From the IMG/VR virus record IMGVR_UViG_3300020474_000007, positions 10,498 through 74,497 of that record: a stretch of 64,000 nt of DNA; one strand, 5' to 3'. This document shows, in pieces, positions 30,901-40,506 of this stretch. Origin of the DNA: a virus. A model generated the notes under the pieces. That model worked only from the letters and a program-made list of their open reading frames with translations. It ran no database searches and was not told where the DNA came from. The position numbers were made by a program, and so were the translations under genes. Position 1 is the stretch's first letter. Each line of letters opens with the position of its first letter.

Positions 30901-32613
30901 TTTAGTCAACAGGTTATATCTGATTTGCCAGAAGGATCTGAGATTGTAGATGTCACACCAGATATTGCTGAGCAACTAGACAACCTAGAAGAAAGTAGCA
31001 CAAATTTTACTCGTTTAGAATCTAGTCTTCCTGAACAATATAAAAACGAATCTGCCGCCAAAGATAATACAAAAAAATCTGTAGCATTTGTTAGGGCTAA
31101 TATAGATGAAAAACTGTATTTGGTTCCACGGGCTGTTAATGCGCCGACCGTTGTATTTGCACAACAGGTTATAGAAGAAGATGCGTGGACAAAACCCAAG
31201 CCTGTGTTAAACTCTGCTGGAGAAGTAGAGCTGACTTTGCCTTTAAAGCATTCAATTTTTATACCTGCTTCCGGTGAGGGGGAAACCATTAGTATTTTCG
31301 ATTGGAAGAGGAATTACAATTACATCACATCTTCTTGGCTGATAGACACGGACAAGTCCGCATTAGATTATACGTCTATCTACGCTTTAATTACCTTGCC
31401 GGGAAGAATACAGCCTACAAAAGATTCTAGATTTAGAGATGGTCCTTATCAACTTTTTAAACCAGACACATTTAAACATTTCTTAACTATGGACGTTGTT
31501 AAAGGAGTTCAAGGTTTTGATAAACCAGCGTATCAAAATGGTCCCCCTACTAACTTAATTAATTGCTTTAGTGAAAACAGACAAAAGGCAGCTAAAAGCC
31601 TTCACGAAAAAGCTTTGTCTCAACTTTCATACGCTTTTCCACAGCGTATAGACTTGATGAGTCCCTCTCCTGTTTTTCCAGATTTTATTAGTCTACCATT
31701 AATGTCTAAAGAAAGATGCTACGGACCTTGGGTGGCTACTCAATTGTATGAGACAAGTAGCGGAACTACTGTAAGCAGGAAATATAAAGATCTTGGCGGT
31801 TCCGTAGAAGTCATTAAGGATGAATTTTTGGCTCCTTGGAATTTTGCTGGATATCCCAACATGAATGAGATGGGCAAGCAAAAGGCTAAGTTCTCAAATA
31901 GTTTATTATTATTGTCTGAGCGCGGAGGATTCGTTGTTCCTTCGGCTCCCAGTGGAGTTACCTTAGCCAATGAGTTGAGAAGTACAGGACCATTAGTTAC
32001 TAATATAGGAGTTGATATATCTACTAATGGAATAAAAACAACTTATCAGTTAGATTTGTACACCAATAGTTTTGGGAAATTACAAAAACAAAAAGAACAA
32101 CAGCTATCAAGAGCTAGTAGAGATAGACAAAAATCTTTAGATGAAAAGAACGGTTTAATTAGAAGAAGTGCTGGAAAAAATCAAGTAGATTTAAATTATG
32201 AAATATTAAGACAAGAAATAGACACTAAGATGAAAGAGCTGTCACAACTTATTGGAGCTACAGATCACACTATGACATCTAGGACAGATCTTGTTGCCAG
32301 TGTAAAGTCTACCACGGTGGAGATGTTTAACGCTTCTACAAACCAAAAAGAGCAAGTTAAAAGAACTGGTGTTGACATTTCTACACAAGCTCCAGACACG
32401 GCTCAAAAAGTAGGATCTATGTTTCCAACTCAACAAGCAAACCAAAAAGCTTACTACAATGCTGCCGGGGGATCTATGTCAGAGATGTATACTCCAGTTT
32501 CTATGGAGCCATATCATCCTAATATGCCTTCAAAACCAGCAACAAAAGCTACAGACGCAGAGAGATTTCATGAAAGAACAGCAGAAAAAACTATAACTAT
32601 TTACGAGGACTAA
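27913..32613 (+). CDS. putative tail hub / central tail-tip protein
   Basis: 1566 aa. The N-terminal FLGASIRSFNMQAGFGDTSSTLTVDMV and C-terminal LVTNIGVDISTNGIKTTYQLD resemble hub-type beta-barrel ends; a coiled coil follows. Confidence 0.5.
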   Translation: MTNSIARSSHYYGDGWPSSGLVIPQGLSTGGWTRQSRGYPQQTFLGASIRSFNMQAGFGDTSSTLTVDMVVDEFNKSDGTKLGLGDDVYHSGEHDSFMAPFVGSPVFFKFGRDFATVTDAFQTAYDVAFSVSGITNSGITWTEGGNAYDSIDQITSLSSGEFFNLETSGIDTVVIDENIGRLHTTFGGILQSYIQNKSPNGEPVYTVQVVDPREILSNVKLILNNYAGTTFESDNIYNVFGFLEHNLTRTQTSEMVSTFGPASKLERLVDTSGNVSFSGTDTFTGDGENGLISTNPDPSGSQQSDFFGPDKFPMTGTGFSRRSDQGMPYYRINQAIRALMERDVDLPKVFKTTKYGDKINFRGFKYVVDLEGLPKLPAFYYIDYDEMNLMDLCLEICEATNHDLFVNLLPIIDRPEVQKTYDDNIQAMNDTVTVVGDDEEEEKELVAGLIKVTAIDRSKPPDIGAVQKYLNDLDVQGIVVEQKDLGYELSNVTTEKFILGGQETNMHLFSTQADRGMYARNQRGEGDGAEPLGTQWDLLNSLKQQLVPYYGTLSDGVVSIPKGYGSYQQILLDTTSLFANGVGDYYVATEMELRCALISYEKWVQFLMEYNDKYLESVEEDDLIEGNAVEGTAPSDLPDGLGDKDLVISNNYAVTVPRCVWPTYSSSGVSKFGEDDLPTSACHPPYGYPLYYKRATKLGIPQAGLAKLSYTWNSQILPKITKLKANKDGENYQTLLSDGWTDFKKDIFQDSNGNTDPLLSSFLGYVENAVSGYATDVAINIIEDRVSDINKAAASFPSMSRKATANAKKVHSHLKNIASECLGKKFLVKLPHKTSKYFNYNIENDGGMHMSGPYGFNRVTPSGRDYQNNQQDAGAGKKNSAWMQDFLEPVRAAGNSGVDVNHKSNYNGAANSNYDSIDDTIRFNYLPSAQGGFFNHNLMEEIMPLTLVNSGLPSGMKQLLIPNDLKHFVNDNGRISCYVRFDNSQDLSFAGINPSHFSQQVISDLPEGSEIVDVTPDIAEQLDNLEESSTNFTRLESSLPEQYKNESAAKDNTKKSVAFVRANIDEKLYLVPRAVNAPTVVFAQQVIEEDAWTKPKPVLNSAGEVELTLPLKHSIFIPASGEGETISIFDWKRNYNYITSSWLIDTDKSALDYTSIYALITLPGRIQPTKDSRFRDGPYQLFKPDTFKHFLTMDVVKGVQGFDKPAYQNGPPTNLINCFSENRQKAAKSLHEKALSQLSYAFPQRIDLMSPSPVFPDFISLPLMSKERCYGPWVATQLYETSSGTTVSRKYKDLGGSVEVIKDEFLAPWNFAGYPNMNEMGKQKAKFSNSLLLLSERGGFVVPSAPSGVTLANELRSTGPLVTNIGVDISTNGIKTTYQLDLYTNSFGKLQKQKEQQLSRASRDRQKSLDEKNGLIRRSAGKNQVDLNYEILRQEIDTKMKELSQLIGATDHTMTSRTDLVASVKSTTVEMFNASTNQKEQVKRTGVDISTQAPDTAQKVGSMFPTQQANQKAYYNAAGGSMSEMYTPVSMEPYHPNMPSKPATKATDAERFHERTAEKTITIYED

Positions 32614-32615
32614 GC

Positions 32616-35600
32616 ATGGCTTATAAAGGAAATTTAAATATACCAATTGAAGAAAATCATTTAATTGTTATAGATGATCCAGATTTAATAGAATTAGGCA
32701 TACCCGCGTTTTCTAAAAAGGGTTTAGATCAACTAGTAAATGATCCGTCTACATATAAAGGTCTTGAACAGTTTCTTTTAAAAAAGAAGGGTAATGATGC
32801 TTGCGCTAGTGGAGAACTAGATCCACAAGAAATAAAAGATCTATTTTTAGGTAAATCTTTTCAGCCTATTTATGGAAAATTTAATTTAGGAGATAAAAAA
32901 TACGAAGCTTCTCCAATTCCTGTTAGTGTTGCCGATGGAGATAGTACAATATCAGACTTGATTGATCAACACGAAAGTGTTATCAATAATATTGGTAATT
33001 TCGCCGCTGTTTCAGATAGCGATTTTGCCCAAGTCATTCAAGATATAAATAACAGTCCATCTGGATGTTTAAATTTTACAACAGACTATGGAATTGCTGG
33101 GAGGGTTTATTTCCAAAGCCCTAAAAACAAAGATTCACGAAGGCTGGTGGTTTCTGCTGGAGATCCAATTTTAGCCACTTCTCCGAGACGAGCCACAGGG
33201 GGTAAATACACATTTTCTAGCACAGAGAAAAAACAATTGAATGATAGTGCAGAAGATGGTTTTGGACAAATCGGCTGTTTTGATCCATACAATGATAAAC
33301 TTCCTAAAGCTGACACGGATGTAGTTGGGAGGATGCGACTAAATTACAACAAAGCTCTTGGGTATTTTGAGTCTGGTTCTCAAACTATTTTGGCTAGACT
33401 AACAGACGATCTTGATCCTGTGGACGCTAGAGAATTAGATATGGATGCTGTAGATGTATTAAAACCCAAAGATTTATATGATAAAGAGTCACCAAGTTTT
33501 ATATCTGCATTCACTTCTTCTTTTGCTATGCCTTTATCTGCACATAATGGTAATCCTCACACTCATGGTCCTAATATTGTTAATTCGACTACGTATGAAA
33601 AAGAATATATTAGAGTTGTTAATAGGGCTGGAAGAGGCTGGAAGAAGGGCGAATTGGTGTTATGCACACTGATTGACAATGAGTGGATTGTTCATGATTT
33701 TGGACCCGCACAATTAAGTCAAGGAAAAGTACAATTAGGCAAGTGGCAATTTGTTAAAATGCTTGCAGATACTGACGCTTATTTTGCAGACGATAGACGA
33801 TTTTGGCTAAACGCAATCTTTTATGAAAATGGAGCAAACCCATACGATAGGGCTATTAAGGGTACAGAATATCCCATACGTATGAGAGCTAGATTTTATG
33901 AATCAATAAACAGTTACGATAGCGCCACTTTGAAATTAGATGGTCTAAACAACACATTTGCTATATGCTCAGAAAACGTAAGTGTTATCAATTCTCTTGA
34001 TAAAATGTCAAAAACAGCACAGATGCCCGATAATGTTGCCGATTTGACAGATTTCCAGCCTAGTACTAGATATGTTCAAACTAGTGCATTTGACTTACTA
34101 GGCAAACACATGGGCGGTAATAATGATTTAGGAAATATCATCGGAAGGACAAATAATCAAGTTAGTCCAGACCCCTTGGCTCAAGATCAAAGAGCAGAGT
34201 TCGCCCAAGATGTTCCATTCTGGTTTGGGCCGATACTTCCAGACGGTTACGCATCAGCCACAACATTACGCTTATTGTCTAGCGGTATTAACGCAATTGC
34301 TATGGGTTCAGGAATTGTTACTGGCGGGCTATTAGATGTTACTAACAATAGTTGTGATAATAATATGTTATCAAGAATGTCTGCTGATGCGCCTCCTGAC
34401 GACGACGATGATGACGGCGATGATGACGGCGATGATGACGATGGCAGTGATGATGATGACAACGATAATGCCACAGAAATTCCTCCCGTCTTTGGTGCAG
34501 ACGATGACGATACTGTTTGTCTTGAGGAATTATTCATGTTTGCCAATCGATTCGATTACTCGTTAGCCCAACTACCAGCAGAGTACGCTCTTAATGCTTC
34601 ACCAAGCGGCTTGTTTGGTTATCCTGTAGAACACATATCTCAACTTGTGTACCACGAAAGATCGTCAACAAACGCAGGATCTCCTATAGCCAAAGCCTAT
34701 AATACTTTTTTGCGTTCTGATTCAAATAGATTTCATTATCTTGCAACACCAGACGGAGCTAGTGAATTTTTAGATCTACAGCCAATTAATAAAACCAATA
34801 TACAATTCTCTCCATTGCAATATGTTTTTGCAGGACACGCTGATAAGAGTCTTTCAAAAGAGATTTTAGAAATGGGCGATACTCATGCGGGGCAAAGAAT
34901 AATTCAAGATTATGGTAATACTTGGGATATGGCTAGAGAGTTATTAGCCAAGGTGAGGAGTCAAAGCAGTTTTTGGGGAAATATGCTTACAAGAGAAGAG
35001 GCTCTTACTAGTCATAGTTTTTCGGCTGATAGTACTGGCTTTATACCTAAAGGACATACTAATATAGTTTGGGATAAATATATTTTTAGAAAACCTAGAA
35101 ATCACGTTATATCACCTTATGCCTTTTATCAAACTGATCCAAGAGGAGATCAATATGATGGAGCGAATTTAATGCATATAACATACGCCAAAAATACTGC
35201 TAGAATTGGCTCAGCGGGTGTTGTTCAATTAAATTGCACTTTTGATTATGGACTTCCTTACAGGTCTAGGAGTATGGGGGGCCAAGTAACACCTATTAGC
35301 GCCTTGCCAATTATGGGTATGCCTGTATTTGGTGGAGGTACAAATCCAATCAGATCTTATACTAATCCTCAGTGGGGTAACGAAGGTTCTACTTTACAAG
35401 AATATTCTGGAGGATTGACTTTATACGCATCGCTGTTTGACCACTGGCCTGAAGAAGACACAATATGTGATCCGCGATATGATTGTCCTTTGCATTTTCT
35501 TCCGGGCAAATTGCATGTAGATGACGTTGTTATGAAAACTCAAACGGAAGACGTTGGTAAAGTCTACGAAGGGGATTGGGTTCCAGCTCATCCATCAGGA

Positions 35601-36437
35601 TTATATACTACAGCAAAGTTGGCTCAGGCAGACTATGAAAGAACTATAGATGTTCCAGAAACTACTGTTGATTTTAGAGTTCCCACGTATGGACACCCAT
35701 TTGAACCTGATGTAGACAACACTATTGTCCCAGAGGGGCAACTTATTAATAGAGTTGGCGTTGCAACAGGGTCAGAATACACAGAGACCGTTGGGATACT
35801 TAGGCCCAAAGGAGAATGGAGAATTAATCCAATTTGTAGGGGCATGATGGTTACTAGTTCTCACGGCTTTAGGTACTGGCAAAGAGTCATTGGTCTAAAT
35901 CCTGATGACTATACTGTAGTTACTAGGGGAGCAGGAATGTTGCCTTTGCAAAAAGTGGAAGACAGTACTAATAATTTTGTATTAGAGGTTAATAGTGACG
36001 ACACAGGGGATGGAACTAGTTTTACATTTACTGATAAAGGAGAAGGATTCTCGCCTTCTAGCTTTGATAGGATGCATACTAGGGCTGACGAGAATGGCGA
36101 TGAACAGATATATCATGGCGTTTTGGTAACAATACCGGGAGTTGGTGAAGACACTGAAATCGTATTTCACACTGGTCTTGTGTGGGACAAACCGCGAGAA
36201 ACTATCTACCCAAAATTCCACGGAAAAGTTCTCTGTACAGAGCCAGATGCAGCAGAGGAAGAAGGGTACAAAACAGGGTCAAAAAGCACCAGTATAGGCA
36301 TATTGGAGAGGAGTCCTGACGGGTTATATGACATTTTCTTACATTTTGCCCACGATGTAACGTTTGTGGATTGGTCTCGCGGAGCTGACACTATAGGGCT
36401 TTTGCAGCAAGTAAATTTAAATATAGGCGCTGCTTAA
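32616..36437 (+). CDS. large hypothetical tail protein with a poly-Asp segment
   Basis: 1273-aa ORF in the tail module. Confidence 0.6.
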   Translation: MAYKGNLNIPIEENHLIVIDDPDLIELGIPAFSKKGLDQLVNDPSTYKGLEQFLLKKKGNDACASGELDPQEIKDLFLGKSFQPIYGKFNLGDKKYEASPIPVSVADGDSTISDLIDQHESVINNIGNFAAVSDSDFAQVIQDINNSPSGCLNFTTDYGIAGRVYFQSPKNKDSRRLVVSAGDPILATSPRRATGGKYTFSSTEKKQLNDSAEDGFGQIGCFDPYNDKLPKADTDVVGRMRLNYNKALGYFESGSQTILARLTDDLDPVDARELDMDAVDVLKPKDLYDKESPSFISAFTSSFAMPLSAHNGNPHTHGPNIVNSTTYEKEYIRVVNRAGRGWKKGELVLCTLIDNEWIVHDFGPAQLSQGKVQLGKWQFVKMLADTDAYFADDRRFWLNAIFYENGANPYDRAIKGTEYPIRMRARFYESINSYDSATLKLDGLNNTFAICSENVSVINSLDKMSKTAQMPDNVADLTDFQPSTRYVQTSAFDLLGKHMGGNNDLGNIIGRTNNQVSPDPLAQDQRAEFAQDVPFWFGPILPDGYASATTLRLLSSGINAIAMGSGIVTGGLLDVTNNSCDNNMLSRMSADAPPDDDDDDGDDDGDDDDGSDDDDNDNATEIPPVFGADDDDTVCLEELFMFANRFDYSLAQLPAEYALNASPSGLFGYPVEHISQLVYHERSSTNAGSPIAKAYNTFLRSDSNRFHYLATPDGASEFLDLQPINKTNIQFSPLQYVFAGHADKSLSKEILEMGDTHAGQRIIQDYGNTWDMARELLAKVRSQSSFWGNMLTREEALTSHSFSADSTGFIPKGHTNIVWDKYIFRKPRNHVISPYAFYQTDPRGDQYDGANLMHITYAKNTARIGSAGVVQLNCTFDYGLPYRSRSMGGQVTPISALPIMGMPVFGGGTNPIRSYTNPQWGNEGSTLQEYSGGLTLYASLFDHWPEEDTICDPRYDCPLHFLPGKLHVDDVVMKTQTEDVGKVYEGDWVPAHPSGLYTTAKLAQADYERTIDVPETTVDFRVPTYGHPFEPDVDNTIVPEGQLINRVGVATGSEYTETVGILRPKGEWRINPICRGMMVTSSHGFRYWQRVIGLNPDDYTVVTRGAGMLPLQKVEDSTNNFVLEVNSDDTGDGTSFTFTDKGEGFSPSSFDRMHTRADENGDEQIYHGVLVTIPGVGEDTEIVFHTGLVWDKPRETIYPKFHGKVLCTEPDAAEEEGYKTGSKSTSIGILERSPDGLYDIFLHFAHDVTFVDWSRGADTIGLLQQVNLNIGAA
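34398..34470 (+). repeat. GAT/GAC poly-Asp low-complexity repeat
   Basis: Encodes DDDDDDGDDDGDDDDGSDDDDNDN and contains tandem GATGATGACGGC. Confidence 0.9.
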
Positions 36438-36441
36438 TTTC

Positions 36442-36450
36442 GTGTATAAT
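36442..36450 (+). promoter_or_regulatory. putative late promoter GTGTATAAT
   Basis: Intergenic, about 35 nt before ATG 36486; same motif as at 2565. Confidence 0.5.
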
Positions 36451-36485
36451 ATTCTAGACAATTGTTCTATTTCAAGGAGAATCCA

Positions 36486-37268
36486 ATGGCAGCAGAGATT
36501 AAATTTTACGGAAATATTTTGAATCTAGCAGATAATTCGGCTCCAGATGGCAGGCTGATTGCTCATGGAGCAGGATCTGGTCTAGGCTTTTATGGGCCGG
36601 GATTTCAGGTTTCTGTGCCAGTAGGAAGCTACCAAGACAAAACATATATTACAGACGAAAACGGAGCAGCTGAAGGTTCAGAGCTTTCAAACACAATGCC
36701 CGGAGTTGTTGGCGCGGTTTCTGAAGGCGTTGTAACACAAGGTGGTACAGTCAAAACTGGTGGTGGTGGATCTGCTGCAACTGCTATTGCTTTAGATCAA
36801 CTGCCTAACTATCAATGTCCTCTTAATATTAGATTTACAAACGATGTGGCTGTAAAAACACAAAATTGTAAATTAAGAGTATTTAATAGAGCTAATAAAG
36901 ATTACAAAGCAAAAGAAGTTACCACATACGTTTATGAAGCTCGTCACCCTTCAGTCACTCCTGCTGATGGTCAATTAGCCCATCGAGCGAACGCCCATAA
37001 TGTTTGGACTACTTTTCAAGGGCGAGCTGCTAGCGATCCGCTTTTAGGCAATGTGCCTACAGATATGAATTTGACCCCTTCTCCCGGTCAGTATGGCAAG
37101 AACGGAAATTCCAGCGACACTGTTGCAGCTAAAGGCTGGAGTTCTCAGGAGGGTGCGCCTCACTTAGCGACAAGGCACGATTGGTATTTAGCCATTGCTT
37201 CTTCGCCTGATACAATTGGTAGCAAAAAAGACTATGGACTATATTATACTCTAGAATATTTAGAGTAA
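36486..37268 (+). CDS. hypothetical virion protein
   Basis: Start reassigned to ATG 36486 (AAGGAG RBS). Gly/Ala-rich; last gene of the + arm. Confidence 0.65.
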   Translation: MAAEIKFYGNILNLADNSAPDGRLIAHGAGSGLGFYGPGFQVSVPVGSYQDKTYITDENGAAEGSELSNTMPGVVGAVSEGVVTQGGTVKTGGGGSAATAIALDQLPNYQCPLNIRFTNDVAVKTQNCKLRVFNRANKDYKAKEVTTYVYEARHPSVTPADGQLAHRANAHNVWTTFQGRAASDPLLGNVPTDMNLTPSPGQYGKNGNSSDTVAAKGWSSQEGAPHLATRHDWYLAIASSPDTIGSKKDYGLYYTLEYLE

Positions 37269-37270
37269 AT

Positions 37271-37305
37271 AAAAAGGGGGCATTTCTGCCCCCCTCATAT
37301 TTTTT
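37271..37305. terminator. bidirectional rho-independent terminator between the convergent arms
   Basis: A-tract, then GGGGGCA-TTTC-TGCCCCC stem-loop, then a T-rich tract. Sits between the stops at 37268 (+) and 37304 (-). Confidence 0.8.
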
Positions 37306-37636
37306 ATTCTGCCTGTTTAGTCTTTGGATTCCATTTAGTCCAACCGCCGTCTGGTAGCCAATTGTCACCATCCTTGCGCTTGGGGAATAGACCTCCACCC
37401 TTTTTCATTGATCCAAACGCTAGCTTGGCTCCACAGTCTAAACATCGTAGCTCGAAATATTCATTCTCATCTACAGTTCTAACAACGAATCTGAGATTTT
37501 CAGATCCACATTTGCCACACTTTGTTTCCTCAAACACCTCTTGAAATCTTGAGATTTGAGTAAATAATTCTCTATGCGTATCCGCATCAAATTCTGCTGT
37601 AATTCTATTGTTTGCTGTCGTATATGAAAGCTTCAT
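37304..37636 (-). CDS. Zn-ribbon hypothetical protein
   Basis: CGKC...CLDC. Confidence 0.7.
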   Translation of the reverse strand: MKLSYTTANNRITAEFDADTHRELFTQISRFQEVFEETKCGKCGSENLRFVVRTVDENEYFELRCLDCGAKLAFGSMKKGGGLFPKRKDGDNWLPDGGWTKWNPKTKQAE

Positions 37637-38413
37637 TTAGTTTCTCCATTCTTCGTTATATCCTACGAACTCTGTAGGAATTGTACTTTTGTCCCGCTGA
37701 TAATCATTTAATACATCAATAATATCACTAGCTACTTTCTTAGAAATCTTGCGATTATTATCTACTTTGAACTTATTCTTGAATAACTTACCTCCATTTA
37801 CATTTAGTTGCTTACACTTAATATCAATAAAATTGTATTGAGCATCGCTCATCCGTGCGGAGTCATTATAGTCTCCACCACTACTATTATTCTGCTTTGA
37901 AAGATCACGAACAATCTTTGCTGTGTCTTTCTTTGTCAGTTCTTCTGCCGCAACGCCCTTGATCTTTAGAACCTTTCGTAAAGCTCTGGCCTCTGCGCGA
38001 GTGCTAGCAATCGCTACGGCAAAAGCGCAGAACATGTCGTCAGTATTTCCCTCCCAAGAGTCTGCCACCTCTGAGCATCGCAGGCCACTAGCAAATTCTA
38101 TAGTGAATATGACTGTTGCTCTGCCGTGGTGATCATCACGATCTGTTGGTTTAACCCAAGTTGGTCCACTAAAAGACATTGGGCCTAATACTATTTCAGA
38201 GACTCTTCTAAGCCCAGTTACAAGTGGATGACCGTTCATCAACTCATCTTCTTGAAACAGCGTCATAGCGTAATCATGCCACTCTGGAGATAGCATAGAT
38301 GGAGCATCTGACGGCGTTATATCTTTTACTGACGTATCAGTGTTTGACGGTGTACTCAATTCTTCTACTCCTTCAAATAGGTTTTCTTCTAGTTGCATTT
38401 CTTTACCTTTCAT
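37637..38413 (-). CDS. putative Rad52/Sak-like ssDNA annealing protein
   Basis: Beta-hairpin ATVIFTIEF...SEVADS followed by the helix AIASTRAEARALRKVL, and a C-terminal MSDAQ..FI helical module. Confidence 0.55.
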   Translation of the reverse strand: MKGKEMQLEENLFEGVEELSTPSNTDTSVKDITPSDAPSMLSPEWHDYAMTLFQEDELMNGHPLVTGLRRVSEIVLGPMSFSGPTWVKPTDRDDHHGRATVIFTIEFASGLRCSEVADSWEGNTDDMFCAFAVAIASTRAEARALRKVLKIKGVAAEELTKKDTAKIVRDLSKQNNSSGGDYNDSARMSDAQYNFIDIKCKQLNVNGGKLFKNKFKVDNNRKISKKVASDIIDVLNDYQRDKSTIPTEFVGYNEEWRN

Positions 38414-39183
38414 AATTCAATTTCAATGTATCTGTCTTTCTTCTTCATTTTACCATAATCGGCTACATTATTCAAGATCTTTACAAGTAATTTTTCTAAC
38501 TCATTTTTCAAGAACTCTCTTCTAGCTAAAGACAGGTGATCAGACAAATGCTTGATTCTAATCATAGTAAATCCTTTGGCAAGTATTATACCAGATTTTT
38601 TAGTATCACTAGCTATTTGCTGCTTTAGCTTTGTTTCTCCCCAGATAGGCGCAAAATGAGAAAGACCATCTACTTCTATTATAGTCTTTAGTTCTGGTAA
38701 AAACAAGTCTACTTCTAACTCTGTGCTAGGCAATTTATAATGATATTGTACATCATAATCTGAGATTAAAAATTCTCTGATAAATTTCTCAAGTTTTGAC
38801 CCCTCTACGCTAGCTATTCTAATTTGTTTAATAGCAAGCTCTTTCATCTTTTCTTTGTCTTCTAGGCTTTTATTTTTCCAATTTTCCTTGCCTCTTGTTA
38901 CATATTCCTGATACTCTTCTTCGCTTATGTTCTTCCATCTCTCCGTTAGTCCGTTACTTATTTTTAGTTTTTCTTGCATTGTTCTTTTCTTGCCCAGTGT
39001 TGGTATCTTGGCCTTACCCTGTTTCAATGCATTTTTTTGAGCATCACTCTTGTTTTTCATCTCTACGTTATTACGTATTAAAACACGCCTTATCTTATTA
39101 GGATAAGTTTTAAAAATTTGCGCTATTTCATACGTGCTTTTGCACTCATTCACGTATAGATCAACTATTTGTTCTTCATTCAT
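38410..39183 (-). CDS. HTH + Vsr/DUF559-like endonuclease (homing-endonuclease-like)
   Basis: N-terminal HTH (STYEIAQIFKTYPNKIRR), a basic linker, and EVDLFLPELKTIIEVDGLSH. Confidence 0.65.
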   Translation of the reverse strand: MNEEQIVDLYVNECKSTYEIAQIFKTYPNKIRRVLIRNNVEMKNKSDAQKNALKQGKAKIPTLGKKRTMQEKLKISNGLTERWKNISEEEYQEYVTRGKENWKNKSLEDKEKMKELAIKQIRIASVEGSKLEKFIREFLISDYDVQYHYKLPSTELEVDLFLPELKTIIEVDGLSHFAPIWGETKLKQQIASDTKKSGIILAKGFTMIRIKHLSDHLSLARREFLKNELEKLLVKILNNVADYGKMKKKDRYIEIEL

Positions 39184-39617
39184 GATATTATATCTATAAT
39201 CTCTTTATAATTATTAGATACTCCCAGAGGTTTTTTACCACTAATACGATATACTTCATTAGCAGTTTGATCATCGTCACATATGATTCCATTTATTTTA
39301 TCGCAGTTCTTCAAAAACAATAGTATATTATCTTTAAATTTGATATCACAATACTCATATATCTTAAATTTATTTACTATTTCTATTGCTGAAGATGTAT
39401 TGTCCATCCCTCTCGTGACTAAATTTCCTTCAAAAGCCCATAAATCTACAGAATTATAAGCTCCACATAAAAAAGGTTTTGGATACGGTCCAACATCATT
39501 ATAAAAGATACTTGCATCTTCTAAGTTTTTAGAACTGGAATATCTAGCCACTTCTGTAAATATACAATCTAAGTCTCTACCCTGAGATAGTGAAGAAATA
39601 TAAAATCCTACATTCAT
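39180..39617 (-). CDS. hypothetical protein in the glycosylation cluster
   Basis: 145-aa ORF coupled to its neighbours. Confidence 0.6.
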   Translation of the reverse strand: MNVGFYISSLSQGRDLDCIFTEVARYSSSKNLEDASIFYNDVGPYPKPFLCGAYNSVDLWAFEGNLVTRGMDNTSSAIEIVNKFKIYEYCDIKFKDNILLFLKNCDKINGIICDDDQTANEVYRISGKKPLGVSNNYKEIIDIIS

Positions 39618-39618
39618 T

Positions 39619-40506
39619 TTAGTTCACTTTGTTAAAGGTTTGTTGATTTATCGAAAGTTGAGAGAGCAGCGTTTTAATCCTATTTGCAGGAAGATGCTTC
39701 TCGTTGATTTTAGCTCTTACAGCATTGAAATCTATATTGTCTTTATTATCGTAGCTAAGAACTTGACCAAATACAGTTTTTGATAATTTGTCTATAGATT
39801 CATTAGATTTTTTATAGAATACTTTATTGCCAAAATACAAGGCATCAAAGAAAGACTGATTAAAACTATCTATTTTGTTTAGAAAAACTATTTGTTCATA
39901 GTTATTATACAATGACATTAAATCTTTTTCATGCAAACTTATTTCTGCTGATTTTGCATCGTAATTGGATATAAAATGATGCGGCTCTGAATCTTCTATT
40001 CTTTTTGTTTCTGCATCTACAAAATATGCTGTAGGTATTTTAAAGTTGACATCGAATGATTTTTTAAGAAAACTATCTGCACAATGATTCAGCTTAATAT
40101 ACTTGATACTTTTCCTTTTTATCAAAGATTTTGGAATGTTAGAGTTGACTATATACACATGACCCTTGTTGTACATTTCTCCCGATTCATTCAAAGCTTT
40201 AAACATTTCTGCTACAGATTCTACATCCCACATCTCTGAATCTAAAACAAAATGAAAATTTTCATCTCGTAGTTGACTAAGATAATACATAATATCATAA
40301 CACAATTTACCATTAGTCCTGCTAAGAACAGAACTTGCGTGTGTATAAAATATATTTGGTCGCACAGTATCTAGTATGTCAAATAAACTTTGATTTTTAT
40401 CCTGCCACTGAAAACATTCTATACCATCTACTTCTTGAAGACCTCTGTGGAGATACCATAATCTAGTATCCCCAGATGTACTTTGAGTGTCAACTAATAC
40501 TCTCAT
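39619..40506 (-). CDS. divergent glycosyltransferase-like protein
   Basis: Rossmann-like start (MRVLVD) and a C-terminal EKHLPANRIKTLL similar to CgeB-type GT-B C-termini. Confidence 0.4.
   Translation of the reverse strand: MRVLVDTQSTSGDTRLWYLHRGLQEVDGIECFQWQDKNQSLFDILDTVRPNIFYTHASSVLSRTNGKLCYDIMYYLSQLRDENFHFVLDSEMWDVESVAEMFKALNESGEMYNKGHVYIVNSNIPKSLIKRKSIKYIKLNHCADSFLKKSFDVNFKIPTAYFVDAETKRIEDSEPHHFISNYDAKSAEISLHEKDLMSLYNNYEQIVFLNKIDSFNQSFFDALYFGNKVFYKKSNESIDKLSKTVFGQVLSYDNKDNIDFNAVRAKINEKHLPANRIKTLLSQLSINQQTFNKVN

Noticed and set aside
40341-40348. Additional GTGTATAA on the + strand
   Set aside because: It is antisense within a - strand gene with no downstream + gene; likely chance in AT-rich DNA.
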